Notes: generated by a model not told the origin, from the letters alone. Shown: positions 41,503-55,057, counted from the first letter of the stretch. The stretch: DNA of 64,000 nt from Octopus vulgaris (GCA_951406725.2 OX597816.1:109368001-109432000); one strand, 5' to 3'. Program-made: numbers and translations.

Positions 41503-41982
41503 TAAACTGCGAAATGGGACTCCCAAATGCCAAAGAAGGATTAAAGCGCCATTTTGAAAGATTTCGAATTGTTATGCTGAATTATACTAATAGAAAAAAA
41601 TTGGGATTATTTCTGAAGTACTGCATATAATCTAGAATTTCATTTATGTGATTATTTCTCTTCTTTTAATTAGATTTAATTACATTTATTTTCTTATAAA
41701 AGGCAGATAGTTGAAAAATCTATTGAAAACAATTTTTCAATTGAAAAATTAAATGTTGTCTAAATGTGAACTGAAAATAATTAATTTTAGTCGAAATTTA
41801 TTTCTATTTGTATGAAAATGTCTTGCTGGGAATATGTCTTCTGACTAATTTACCTTTCACTCAAGATGCTTTTGATTAATGAAGATTCGACGCATCTGTT
41901 TTTGATTAATAAACCGTATCTGTCTGTTTGTTTATCTCTCCATAATATATGTATGTGTTTGTGATGTGTGTGTATAAATGTG

Positions 41983-42034
<52 letters not shown>

Positions 42035-42544
42035 CTGTGTGTGTGTGTGTGTGTGTATGTGTGTGTGTGTGTTTGTGTGTTTACGTTGCAAATTACAAAC
42101 CAACTTTATGTAAATTACCGGTTCCATATAACAACGAGAAAACAAGTGTAGATAATTATAAACAAAAAATAATATAACAATGTATACGAAATTCTATAAA
42201 ACAACATCCGTTGGTAAACCTCTACAGGAATTCTGATGAAGTATTTGAAGAGTAATTCTATTTAGGAACCTCTAATGATTTTATAAATATGAACATGTGT
42301 ACAAACTAGTCAAGAGTGAACAGATGTATGTTGGTGGTGCTTACAGAATTTGCGACACGATAATTTTTAGTGTATCCTATTCAGTAGTAAATAGTCTATA
42401 TCTTGCTCTGATTGCAGGTTTAGCTAAAGGAGAGACTTCATGCAATGTCGGATCAAACGTAGTTCACCACAAGGCTTCTAATACAAGTGCTAACGTATTG
42501 TATTAGTACGGTCTTTCAGACCTATATTGTCAGTGGCCTTGCCA

Positions 42545-43015
42545 TTCTGGCAGTGGAACAATAGGTATGATTTTCAAAAGCTGTTTTATGGGCAGACCAT
42601 GACTTATATTTAGATTTTACTTGATCTAACAAAAGCTTTCTATTATTTGAATAGGATATACTTGTAGAAAATATTCTGCGAACTTAGTTGTCCAAATCAT
42701 TTTGAATTGATAATTATCTGATCTCAATATGAACTGGAAGCATGTATTAAATGTCAGTGGGAAAATGTCTGCACCATGTTCTGTAGATTATATCGAAGAT
42801 AGTGACATCCTCACCCTCATTTTCTTTTCCTTGTCTTTGTAAGTTGTGGTTCTTCTCGCTCACACTATTACCTCATTTCTTTTAACAATATATTTTGATT
42901 ACTAATCCTCTGGCTGTATTTTAAATCTCTGGCATTTTGGGGCCAACGCGGAAGTCTTTCATTTCGGATTTCCTCGATCTATGTAGACAACTGCCACTTA
43001 TTTACACATACTGCT
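42545..43015 (+). pseudogene. RTE-clade LINE reverse-transcriptase remnant
   Basis: GTIGMIF, LDLTKAF, LSCPNHF, NVSGKMSAP and YVDNC (YADDC equivalent). Confidence 0.65.
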
Positions 43016-43052
43016 GAATATATAAAAATATATATATGTACGCACACACACA

Positions 43053-43141
<89 letters not shown>

Positions 43142-43606
43142 GTCTTTATATATATATATATATACATATGTCTGGGCGCATACACACACATGTAAGTGTG
43201 TGCGTTTGTGTGTCTGTATACGCACGCGTGCTTATGTATGTATAAGATTGCCTCTGAACAACATTCATAAACGTAAATTTAACCTCCATCCTTCACATTA
43301 AATGAATACTTTAAAAGAATAGGCGTGACATTGTTAAAATTCCTTACTAATGGGTTCCTAGACACAGTGTCAGCTGTTACTACTTTAGCACCCGCCAAAA
43401 TTTCTAACTTTACTATAATACCAGCCCATCTTTAACCCAGCTCGACAGCAGATTATCTTTGATGTGTTCTGGCTTATTCTAACTCCCATACAAGATTACC
43501 TACTTTTATGTGATACTAGCATTTTCCCGCCAAGCCGTTTTTCTCTGTTATATTATCAATATTATCCAAAGAGAATTCTTGCTTTTTCATGGCTATGTGT
43601 GCCCTG

Positions 43607-43664
<58 letters not shown>

Positions 43665-43826
43665 ATAAAATATTAAAAATCAACGAAAATGCATATTGTA
43701 GATATAAAAAGGCTATTTATGATAGGTAGTGACAAATATATACATTTAGAGTATTACTAGTCAAAAAGGTCATTATTATTGATGATTATAAGAAGTTAAT
43801 AATAATAATAATAAGGTAAGAGACTG

Positions 43827-43866
43827 AAACGAACCAATTGGTTTTCGCCTTAGCTATTCATCGTTT
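43827..43866 (-). ncRNA. Degenerate hammerhead-like motif with a 12-nt palindromic stem III
   Basis: aaac (CU missing) GAUGA auagcuaaggc GAA AACCAAUUGGUU C guuu. Confidence 0.4.
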
Positions 43867-43927
43867 GAACAACATCGGTTAGTAAACGGTGTCAGGTCTA
43901 ATAGTTCCTGAGAAAAGAGATTATATA

Positions 43928-44338
43928 CTCTCTCTTTTACTATTTTACTTGTTTCAGTCATTTGACTGCGGCCATGCTGGAGCACCGCCTTTAGTCGAGC
44001 AAATCGACCCCGGGACTTATTCTTTGTAAGCCCAGTACTTATTCTATCGGTCTCTTTTGCCGAACCGCTAAGTGACGGGGACGTAAATACACCAGCATCG
44101 GTTGTCAAGCAATGCTAAGGGGACAAACACAGACACACAAACACACACACACACATATATATATATACATATATACGACAGACTTCTTTCAGTTTCCGTC
44201 AACCTAATCCACTCACAAGGCATTGGTCGGTCCGGGGCCATAGCAGAAGACACTTGCCCAAGATGCCACGCAGTGGGACTGAACCCGGAACCATGTGGTT
44301 GGTTAGCAAGCTACTTACCACACAGCCACTCCTGCGAC
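43928..44338 (-). mobile_element. Full-length young SINE family A copy
   Basis: Near-identical reverse complement of 40215-40615. Confidence 0.95.
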
Positions 44339-44345
44339 TATCATA

Positions 44346-44426
<81 letters not shown>

Positions 44427-44428
<2 letters not shown>

Positions 44429-44599
44429 GGAGTAAACACATAAATGTGAAACAAGGTGGAAAAAAGAGTACTCAAATACTCAAATTCAACAAAATCTGTT
44501 ACTCTGAGTTTTCGTTGCCGTTCATCAGACAGTTTGATGAACGGCAACGAGAAACTCAGAGTAACAGATTTTGTTGAATTTTCTGCTGCTTAAAATAAA

Positions 44600-44600
<1 letters not shown>
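44427..44600. mobile_element. Penelope pLTR-like fragment with an inverted duplication (palindrome 44482-44581) containing hammerhead-like motifs
   Basis: Arms of 49 and 50 bp with a 1-nt spacer, one mismatch and one indel; embedded in (TA)n. Confidence 0.7.
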
Positions 44601-44663
<63 letters not shown>

Positions 44664-44671
44664 TACATATA

Positions 44672-44869
44672 CTCTTTACTTGCTCTTTTTACTCTTTTAC
44701 TTCTTTCAGTCATTTGATTGTAGCCATGCTGGAGCACCGCCTTTAGTCGAACAGATCAATCCCAGGACATATTCTTTGTAATCCAAGTATTTATTTTATC
44801 GGTTTCTTTTGCCGAACCAGCATCGGCTGTCAAACGATGTTGCGGGGACAAACACAGACACACAACCAT

Positions 44870-44902
<33 letters not shown>

Positions 44903-45066
44903 CATATATACGACGGGCTTCTTTCCGTTTACCCAATCCACTCACAAGGCTTTGGTCGGCCCGAGGCTATAGTAGAATACACTTGCCCAAGGTGTCATAC
45001 AGTGGGACTGAACCCAGAACCATGTGTTTGGTAAGCAAGCTACTTACCACAAGCCACTCCTACGCC
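44672..45066 (-). mobile_element. SINE family A copy
   Basis: Reverse complement of the family A consensus with a small deletion. Confidence 0.9.
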
Positions 45067-45069
45067 TAG

Positions 45070-45115
<46 letters not shown>

Positions 45116-45334
45116 GTATATGTATATATCTCAAACTCATCTTCGACGGTTATCTAAACACGGATTGAGACCCGTCTCTCTGCTTATGCTAACTCAACGA
45201 TAAACGATTAATGTCATTGTTTTCTACCGAGACGTATTGCGTACTTTCTCGTTTAATTTGATTTCATATCAATGTGAGGCTCCCATACACTTAGACGAAT
45301 ATAAGCATATATGTATATTTATATCTTGTACCAT

Positions 45335-45703
45335 GTACTTGATTCAGTTACAAGACTGCGGCTTTGATGGGGGTTTACTCGAACGAATTGCTCCCAGTAA
45401 TTACTTTTAACATCATACTTATTGTATCACTCTCCTTTTGCCAAATCACCAAGTTATGGGGGCTCAAGCAAAATAACACCGTTTGTTAAATGGTAGTGGT
45501 GGGGGTGAGAAACCGAAACACACACACACACACACGCACACACATGCAAGGGTCTTCTTCAGTTTCCGTCTACCAAATCCACTCATTCAGCTTTGGTCGA
45601 CCTCAGGCTATAGCAGAAAATATTTGCTCAAAGGTCTACGCAGTAGGACAGTACCCGGAACTTTGTGATTGAGAAACCAACTTGCTGTCTCACTGCCACG
45701 CCT
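45335..45703 (-). mobile_element. Degraded SINE family A copy
   Basis: Contains the cagtttccgtctaccaaatccactca body. Confidence 0.75.
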
Positions 45704-46405
45704 GTAAATGTTTGTAAAGATGTGTGTGTATGTATGTGCGTGTAATTGTGTGAGTATATATGTTTATGTGTGTGTGTACAAATATAGAAATATATATATA
45801 TTTAAGATATCTCAGTAAGAGCATGTGTTTCTCATTTAGAACTAATCTTTTGAACACTTTCATTGAAGCTTTATATATTAAATATTATATACACACCCAT
45901 ACACTTATACGTACATGCACAATTACACACACATACGCGCGCGCGTGCGTCTATATACCTCCAGCTATTTAGATAAACAATAAAGTACAATTACTTCCAT
46001 GATTTATGTAACATAATATGATATACGTAAACAAAAACACTCATGTTTAACTACATAAGCAAAATATTAACACAATCTGCTTACTGAAACTTGGTTGATT
46101 TCAAATTTAGCTACGCACTCTTTCTCTCTCAATTTTTTTCTTTCTCTCTCACTCACTCATTCGCTCACTCATGCTTTTATTTACAGTCTGTCTGTCTCCC
46201 CCAATATATTCCACTTTATCCCTACCTATACATGCACATTCCTTCGAGTTGGGACTCGAATCTTGATCAACTTGTCGGGGTATCTACAAAACACAGCATG
46301 CGTTGGGTATTGAAACCTGACAAATTATCCTCCTCTTACGGTGAAGCACAGTCGAATGAAGGAAAATGAAACAGTATCACTATGAGACCATAATATATAC
46401 TCATA

Positions 46406-47693
46406 CGAGGGACGTTCAAAAAGTAATGTTCCTGACCCACTTGCATTTGTTTGATCTAGCTGAAATTTTGCATGTGCACTTATTTATATCTCTATAGATT
46501 AAGTAGCAAATTACAGCTCTGAAATAATTGTGGTTTCTGATTTACAGGTGTTTGAACAGAGTCAAGTGTGAAATGGAGCCAGTTGAGTGTCGAGCAGTGA
46601 TCCGGTTTTTGTATTTGAAAGGACGCACACCACGGGAGACTTTTGATGAAATGAAAGTAACTTATGGTGATGATGCCCCATCATATGACCTTGTAAAACG
46701 CTGGCATCGGGAATTCAAACATGGTCGGAACTCTGTGGAAACAGCTCCCAGATCTGGTCGCCCTCTTTCTGCCATTGATGAGGCATCTGTCCGTCAAGTT
46801 GAGGCTGCCATTTTGGAAGATCGACGCATAACTATTCGCCAAATAGCCCATGAGGTCAAGATTAGTACCGGATCTGTGGAAACTATCATTCATGACCATT
46901 TGCATATGCAAAATGTGTCTGCCAGATGGATTCCCAGGTTGCTCACACCTTTCAAGAAGCAAGAACGCGTCGAGTGCTCGAGGATCAATTTGGAGATGTG
47001 CCAAGAAGATGAGTCAAAATTTTTCAGAAGACTGATTACACAGGATAAAACCTGGGTCCATCACTATGATCCAGAGACCAAAGCCCAGTCAATGCAGTGG
47101 AAGCACCGTGACTCACCTCCTTCAAAGAAGGCAAGGGTGCAGCCCACCGCTGGCAAGGTCATGCTCACAGTCTTCTGGGACCAGGACGGAGTAGTGATGA
47201 CAGATTTCCTGGCAAAGGGTACCACAATTACAGGAGCTTATCATGCTTCACTTTTGAAGAAATTAAGAGAAGCTATGAAAATCAAGAGGCGGGGCAAGAT
47301 CAGCAAATGCAACCTCCTCCTGCAGGACAACGCTCCGGTCCACAACTCGCGTGTCGCCAGATCAGAAGCACAGGCGTGCGACTATGAACTCCTCCCCCCC
47401 TACTCTCCTGACCTTGCACCCTCTGATTTTCACCTCTTCCCAGCCATGAAGTTGTTTTTGAAAGAAAAGCGTTTCCCATATGATGCAGCCTTGATTTCTG
47501 AAGTCACGCCGTGGTTGGAGGACCAAACTGGGGTCTTCTACAAAAACGGTCTCCAGAGCTGCATCAAGCGATGGGAGAAATGCGTAACTATGGGCGGTTC
47601 CTATGTGAAAAAAAGACTAATAACTGTGCCATGTTTCGTTGCTCTACTGCTATGGGAAGTGGGTCAGGGGCATTACTTATTGAACGCCCCTCG
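46406..47693 (+). mobile_element. Full-length mariner transposon (1288 bp, irritans-like) with a TA duplication
   Basis: TIRs cgagggacgttcaaaaagtaatgttcctgacccactt and aagtgggtcaggggcattacttattgaacgcccctcg; TA at 46404-46405 and 47694-47695. Confidence 0.95.
46573..47620 (+). CDS. Mariner transposase, nearly intact; a terminal frameshift extends the ORF to 47835
   Basis: MEPVECRAVIRFL, WIPRLL, ITQDKTW, QDNAPVH and YSPDLAPSDF motifs. D-to-D spacing is 32 because two residues are missing before PPYSPDL. Confidence 0.9.
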
Positions 47694-47749
47694 TAGACAC
47701 GCGCACAGACACATGCACTTACACACGATAGTACACACCCACATTTACA

Positions 47750-47816
<67 letters not shown>

Positions 47817-47927
47817 ATATATAAATTTGGTTTGATGCAAAGTTACAAGATTGAACATTTGATTAAAGGAGTTGTCGATATTTTAAGTGGAGTACATATT
47901 TATTACCTTTTACAAGGAAATGGTTGG

Positions 47928-47970
47928 CAGCTCCTTCGAAGTTTCGCCTTCCTTGTCTTCATCAGACTTT
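47928..47970 (-). ncRNA. Degenerate hammerhead-like motif
   Basis: agu CUGAUGA agac aaggaa ggc GAA ACUUCGAAGG A gcu; U16.1 is replaced by G and stem II has a mismatch. Confidence 0.45.
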
Positions 47971-49229
47971 GATTTACTGTAGTTCTTTACATAGTTTTTT
48001 GAAGGTTGTTATTTTTCTGGTAGGTAACCGCGTGAAGTAGTTGTGTAGGATGGGACGCTTATAGGAGGATAGGAGGACATTTTGTGGCTTTAGGATAGGA
48101 ATTGAATGGAAAATAATGTGAAGATATTTTTGTTTTTGCTTTGATAATGGAATTTTGTAATTGTTTAGGATTCAGTGAGGTGTGAACAAAATGCGGTGAA
48201 CAGATGTGTTATTTGCAGATTATGACAGTCCTTGCATATAAATTTGAATTTTCTGGTATTTTAGGATTCACAGAAGGATTTTCTGGTATTTTAGGATACA
48301 CAGTATGTTCGTAGATTGTACAGTTGGTCACTCAGCGTAAACTAGACTGAGCATAAATTTGATGCTGGTAGTAATTAAGTATTAAGGAACTTTTAAGTAT
48401 TTTCTGAATGTCTGGAATGAGGAGACTATGTAGCTATAAATACTTGTTAGAATTATCTAAACTGTTTGTAGTGTGTCTACTTATATTTATATAATATGAT
48501 TCTAGACAAATGCATAATGGATGCCTATGGATCTAAGCGAATGCATAAGGGTGATGTATTTTTCCATAGCTTTATGAATCTGTTGAGAGATACAGGTGTA
48601 TAAGCAATACATTTGCATATATACACAATATATATATGCATATCCACATGCGTTAGAAATATTGATTTTTTTGTTGCTTTTGGTTTCAGAAGTTTTATCT
48701 TTAAATCCAGTTTCATTAGCCTTTTGGGTGGTTTGTTATTTTTCACTGCCAAGAGGCGGCGTTGGTGCTGCTTCTTTCAGGAGCCTTGGTTTTCTTTTCG
48801 GTTCTTACATCTTTGTAGATGTCTTTGGTAAGATATACAGAATTGGTTTCATTAGTATTGTTGCCTTCCTTTGACGAGTTTTCATTTGTGGCTTCAACAT
48901 TGGTACTACTCTCTGTTTGGCATTTAACTTGGAGTACTAATACTTCTGAGAATGGTGTCTAGTTCGTTTATGTGTGGGCCTGACAAGCGCAGAGAAATGA
49001 ATAAATTGATATTTTTCTCGCTCTGATTATGCTGCAGATTTTAAAAATCCGTTGCTTTTAAGGGTCGCTGCAACCGGGTTTTGTTGGGTGGCCCGTTTTC
49101 TAATATGGTCAACGCTCGGAGAAACAGTTCTGTCTCTGCACTCTTCCAGATTCTCGAAAGTTTAGCTGCGCTACTTAACTCTTTCTTCGTGGCGTGTGTT
49201 TGTATGTTTGATTAGTTCGTCAGCGCAGA

Positions 49230-50030
49230 GGAGCGAGAGGCGAAGGAGAGAGAAAGAGAGAAAGAAAACGAATGAACAATAATGAAGATATGAGTGAAGA
49301 GAGAGGGTGTCAGAGGAAGAGGGAGGGAACAAGATGAGAGGAAGAGTAGGTTGAGAGGGAGAGTAGGCTGAGAGAGGAGGGCAAGTGGAAGGAGAAAGAG
49401 GAGAGTAAGAGGGTATATGGGTGAAAGGCAGGAGAGTAAAAGGGTAAATGGGGGAAAGGCAGGAGAGGGAAAATAAATTGAGAAGGAAGTCTAGGTGGAT
49501 GGGGGAGAGGAGATCAAGTGGAGGGAGAGGGGTTAGGTGGAGGGGAGAGTAAATTGAGACGTAATAGTGGGTTGGGATAGAGAGAAGAGCAAGTGGAAGG
49601 AGGAGAGAAAGGTAAACAAAAGAAGAGCGCAGATATTGTGGGTAAATGAGAGGATAAAAAAGAGAGCGGTGAGGTGTCGTTTCGGAAGAGGTGCGCGTGA
49701 AGTGGCGATAAGTGCGTTGAGAGAGATGAGAGCCAGTGAAAGGGGAAAAGAAAGGAAACTGGTGTGGAAGCATAGGGACAGTGGCAGGATTGAAGGTTAG
49801 AAAACAAACAGGGGACTAAGAGAGTGAGGGTTATTTAAGGAGATAGTAGAGGGATAGGTGTTAATTGGAAAATATGAAGCTAAGAGAGTGAGGAGGTATG
49901 GGGAAGGAAACAATGAAAATGGAGAAATCGGGGAGGTTGGAGAGAAAGTGAGAGAGAGATTGAATGAGTGAGTGAGGGTGTATTGGTGGGTGTGTGTGTG
50001 AAACACAGAGAGAGAGAGAGAGAGAGATGT
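49230..50030. repeat. Purine-rich low-complexity tract
   Basis: G/A bias; source of the Ser/Leu/Pro-rich antisense ORFs. Confidence 0.8.
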
Positions 50031-50469
50031 ATATAAAAGAAAATGCTTATAAGCTCATTCTTTGCATGTACATAATATATAGCTTATTTGTAAACAGCGA
50101 AAGATATCAAAACTGAGTAATTTACCAAGTTTTCATGAGTACGCGGAGGGAGGAGGATCTTTTGACAATTCCGTATACGACTCTTAGACGAAGGTTTTTC
50201 GTCGAAGATTCTTTCTACTATAAAATGAACGACCGAACAAAATTATATTTATGCGTGATATATAGATAGTTACACAAAACAAAATTTAATTTTTTTTTTG
50301 CTTTTGGTCAATGAGTGTTTTTTCCTATTTGCATCTATCTAGAAATCAAAGGAAACGACTTCTATTCCCTTCACATTTATCTTTTGTGGCCTGGACATCA
50401 ATGTTTTCAAACTGACCTATTTTCCGTTACATTTCAGAGAGAATCTGCGCTGTTGCAGCAGAAATATTG

Positions 50470-50640
50470 TTATAGCAAATATTCTGCTCGATACAACATA
50501 TTTTCTTGTCAGTTGACTGACCTTCGCCATTTGAACATGTCCCTTGGGGGCTGACAATATGTGGATCTGTGATCATGAGCAGGTGTAGTGGGAAAGCATC
50601 ATAACCATATGTTGAGAGAAATTCTATGGGGTTTGAATGA
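50470..50640 (+). mobile_element. Third fragment of the 6690-7470 repeat
   Basis: agcaaatattctgc...cttgtcagttg...tgatcatgagcag..gtagtggg..agcatca aligns with the reverse complement of 6815-6980. Confidence 0.7.
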
Positions 50641-50791
50641 ATGTAACTAATGCAAACTTTGAACGAAATGCAAACGAAATATCAGCCATTTTTCATACTT
50701 CCTAGGAGTAAGCAAACAGGAAATAACAGTTGCTACCCAAGGACCAAAATTGTGTTTCTGGGCGAAACACGATTCTATATAGGTTTATTGT

Positions 50792-50995
50792 AAGGCAGCG
50801 AGCTGGCAGAAATATTAGCATGTCGGGCTAAATGCTTAGCGGTATTACGTTCTGTGTTCAAATTCCGCCGTGGTCGACTTTGCTCTTCATCTTTTCGTGG
50901 TCGATAAATTAAGTACCAGTTATGTACTGGGGTCGATCTAATCGGTTGGCCCTCTCCCTAAAAATTTCGGGCCTTGTGCTTAGAATAGAAAATAA
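50792..50995 (+). mobile_element. SINE family B copy
   Basis: Head, core and tail as at 5424. Confidence 0.9.
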
Positions 50996-51199
50996 TATAA
51001 AGTTATTGCGATCTATTTGCAAGAGCATAGTAAAAGACATTTTATATCATCAGAACGTTGTATGTATATCACTAATATATACACAAACACATACATATAT
51101 ATACTTACCCATACGTATATATCTCTATACATATTTAGATACGTACACACACACGCACTGACACATGTACATTGACATATATACATACATATTGACATA

Positions 51200-52059
51200 C
51201 GAGGGGAATCCCAAAAGTAAGGTCTCCAAAGTGCTGGGGACGCAGAGAAACTGTGCTTGCGGTTATTGGCAACGAAGCTGTGTTTGTTGTGCATGAACTG
51301 TGCCTGCCTTTGCGCGTGCCTCGCTGCCACGCCAGTCTCGGCTTGGCTGTCGTATCTGATGGAGCTCCCGATTGCCGCTACGGCTAAGTGTGAAGTTCGT
51401 GCAGTTATTCGGTTTTTGAACGCAAAAGGCATTAAACCAATAGAAATTCATCGCCAATTAACGGAAGTGTATGGCATGTTGTGCATGGATGTCAAAAAAC
51501 GCTCGCAAGTGGTGTAGGGAGTTTGCATCTAGTCGTACTGAAAGTCATGACGAAGAAAGAAGCGGGCGACCATCAATTTCCGACGAGACAGTCTCGAAGG
51601 ATGAGCAAATCCAGCGTGAAAATCGCCGAATCATTCTGGATGATCTCGGGATTTTGTTTCCTGAGGTTTCCTGAAGTACCATTCATAGGGCTTTGAGTGA
51701 AGAGTTGAAATAGCGGAAGCTGTGCGCAAGATGGGTTCCACGAAGACCATAAACGGCAACCTACAGTGACTACCACCTGTTTCCTAAGTTGAAAGAACAT
51801 TTGGCCGGTACGCTCTTCAACACCGATAACGACGTGAAAGATGAGGTCCAATGTTTTCTCAACGACACGGCGGTGAACTGGTATGGCATGGGCATACAAA
51901 ACTGCCCCAGCGCCTAAAACAATGCATCGACCAAAATGGCGATTATGTAGAAAATTAGATAAATGTTCACACTTTAAAATGATGTAAACATCATTGACAA
52001 TAAACATTTCTGTGATTTCTAAATATTTTTGGAGACCTTACTTTTGGGATTTTTTCTCA
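51200..52059 (+). mobile_element. Internally deleted mariner with both TIRs
   Basis: cgaggggaatcccaaaagtaaggtctccaaa and tttggagaccttacttttgggatt. Reads MELPIAATAKCEVRAVIRFL...RSGRPS...ARWVPR, then jumps to SDYHLFPKLKEHL, so most of the catalytic region is deleted. Confidence 0.9.
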
Positions 52060-52773
52060 AATGTATATAATCAAATTTTTACCTACTGACGAATATACGT
52101 ACACGTGCAAATATAGCTATAAATACGTGCACATGTTCCTACGCGTACGCATGCATAGATATCCTTATCCTCTGCATAGTAATACATATTTACATTCTGG
52201 TGTGTGTGTCCACTCATACATCCATATACACAAATGCAGCTGTTCACAATAGTTATCATAAAGCATGCTACATACACTTACATGCGTACGGCCATATATA
52301 TAACTATAGAACTTTTAGCTAATTATCGTAGAGGTTGTTGAATATAAAGCTTGTGCGAGTGTGTGAGTGCGTATGTGTGTGTGCCTGTGTGTGTGTGTGC
52401 GTATGTGTGTGTGCGTGTTTCTGTAGGTGTGTGTATTCATACACACACGTACAAACATATAAATACCATTGTTAAGTATCGGTATGAAGTGCAATAGTAT
52501 ACTTAGGCCGACAAAATTATACTTAGGCCGACAAGAGTTTATTCGCCGTGCAGCCTCTTTCAATTTTGCGCAAACTGTGAAGAGACACGATAGCGGATTT
52601 AATGCTGCAAAATGTGCATAGAAAGTAGAGAGAACTCCATATGGCATCGTGGAAGAAAACGATTTTCGTTTCAAATATAAGGAGGTAATTTATAACAATG
52701 TTTTGCTCTTTCTTATGATTTTAGACAAAAAGTGCTAGCATAGGTTTGAACAGAGATATTAAGGAATATTTTT

Positions 52774-52940
52774 AGCGTCAGTCTTTACGTTCTGAGTTCA
52801 AATTCCGCCGAGGTCGACTTTGCATTTCATCCTTCCGGGGGTCGATAAATTAAGTACCAATTGCGTACTGGGGTCGATCTAATCGACTGGCCCCCTCCCC
52901 CAAAATTTCGGGCCTTGCGCCTAGAATAGAAAAGGAATAT
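52774..52940 (+). mobile_element. 5'-truncated SINE family B copy
   Basis: Near-identical to 10175-10326. Confidence 0.9.
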
Positions 52941-53197
52941 TTTTGGTAAACCTGTTATAATATACCTTGCTGTTTTCTGTTTTTTGTTGTTCCATCCAAT
53001 TTGGCCTTGTTTAGTTCCTTGTGTCTGTCGTTGTGTAACAACGATAGACACAAAGAACTAAATAAGGCTCCCTAGTTGTATTGATATTTACACTTCTTGG
53101 TTCAGTTGTATCCATTATACATTAACAACTATCTTCGTGAAGGTTGGATTCATTAAAGTTCTATATATATCAATACTTTATTTCTAATCCTGATTAG

Positions 53198-53339
53198 GTA
53201 ATTCGATGCTGTTTTAGGCAGTTAAAATATAAGACAAAATTGATAAACAAATAAAAATGAATTTAATTCGTAATTCGATGCTGTTTTAGGCAGTTAAAAA
53301 TATAAGACAAAATTGATAAATAAATAAAGATGAATTTAA
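53198..53339. repeat. 72-bp tandem duplication
   Basis: gtaattcgatgctgttttaggcagttaaaa...atgaatttaa occurs twice (53198 and 53270). Confidence 0.9.
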
Positions 53340-54356
53340 CTTTTCATACAAAACCAAAGAAATTTAATATAGGTGTAATTTACAATTACATCACAAAAAA
53401 TAGTGACTTCATTAAAATTATGCAAAATCACACCGTTCATTATCTTCAGCACTCAGCACTGAATAATCATTTTAATCTCAGTGTAAACGAGATAATCGTA
53501 CAGATCAACTTATTCTTCACTGCTTCTAACGATACGGTGTATACATTACAATAAGCATCATCACTATCATCCCACAGTTATTCGATTTCCATATCAGTTG
53601 AAATACTAGAACTTCCATGTTTCTTGAATTATTCAATAATGTCAGTTTTTCTTTCCTTCCATGAATTACCGATCCATTTACAGACCCGAGACAGTAAACT
53701 TCGCATACAGCTTACTTTCTACTATCATTTTTTCCATTACGAATCTAGTTTACTTCATTTTATCAGCACGATGTCACTAAAAGGCTTCTTGATACAAATA
53801 TCTAATGGTCACTAAAAGAAAACTTGCTAGTTCGTCAGGGTTTACTGCTATGTCAGTATTTTGTGGTCAAACTTTAAAAAGGACACATTCAATAGTTCTG
53901 ATCGTAGACGAGCAAAGTAATTTACCTCCGTGGTCCACTAGCTTCTAAGCTCAAAATTTCATCTCACCACTTTCTACTTATCTTTATCCACGACCTAATG
54001 TTTGTATGAATTGAGAATGTGAAAAATTAATTTCCTTACTTTGACAATTAAACGCAGGATAGTGTGTTGGAGTTAGTTATCTGTAAAGAACTAGAATTGC
54101 ATTTTACACAAATTACTTATCCGTGGTGCAGAAGAATATAAAGTGGCCAGACAGACTGAAATAACACAGTTAAATGAGATTGGATGAGGTTTTAAACAGA
54201 AAAGAATATCATTTTAATAATGTTCATAAGGCGAAAGAATAAAATTTTCTTGTATGTTAGTGTGGTTTTGCATGTATGTGCACCTTAGACAATGCATGTC
54301 TAAGCGTCCATGATTGGAAAATAAGAAATTTCAAGGTGTGAATATGTATGCATATA

Positions 54357-54528
<172 letters not shown>

Positions 54529-54619
54529 ACATACACATATATATACAAATACATACACATATATGTATGCATATATAAGTATATAAAACCGTTTTATAAG
54601 AACCAACGCCAATACTTGT

Positions 54620-54842
54620 CTAAAGCCAGGTATTTACTCCATCGGTCTCTTTGGCCGAACCACTAGGTTTCGGGGACGTAAACAAACCAACACCGGTTGT
54701 CAAGTGGTGGTGCGAGACAAACACGAACACAAAGACACAGACACACGCGACGGGTCTTTCTCATTTTTTCAGTTTACCAAATGCACTCACTAGGATTTGG
54801 TCAGCCCGAGGATATGGCAGAAGACAGTTGCCCCAGGCGTCA
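54620..54842 (-). mobile_element. Partial SINE family A copy
   Basis: atcggtctctttggccgaacc...ggggacgtaaac..accaacaccggttgtcaag. Confidence 0.8.
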
Positions 54843-55057
54843 CTTCTGTTATTGACCCATAAATCCAGAGTTTTGACTGAGGAAGCACACACTAAAGACT
54901 AAACACTGTAGTGTTTTAAGTCCCCTTATATAAATGAATCACGTGCTATGGACACATATGCATGTATGTCGAAAGGGCGGAGGTGTTCTCTGATTACGAA
55001 ATACAACAATGGTCAGAAAATTATATATATAAATATATATATATGAGAGGTATTGGT

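Noticed and set aside
49171-49773. 200-aa Ser/Leu/Pro-rich ORF
   Set aside because: Translation of a polypyrimidine low-complexity tract.
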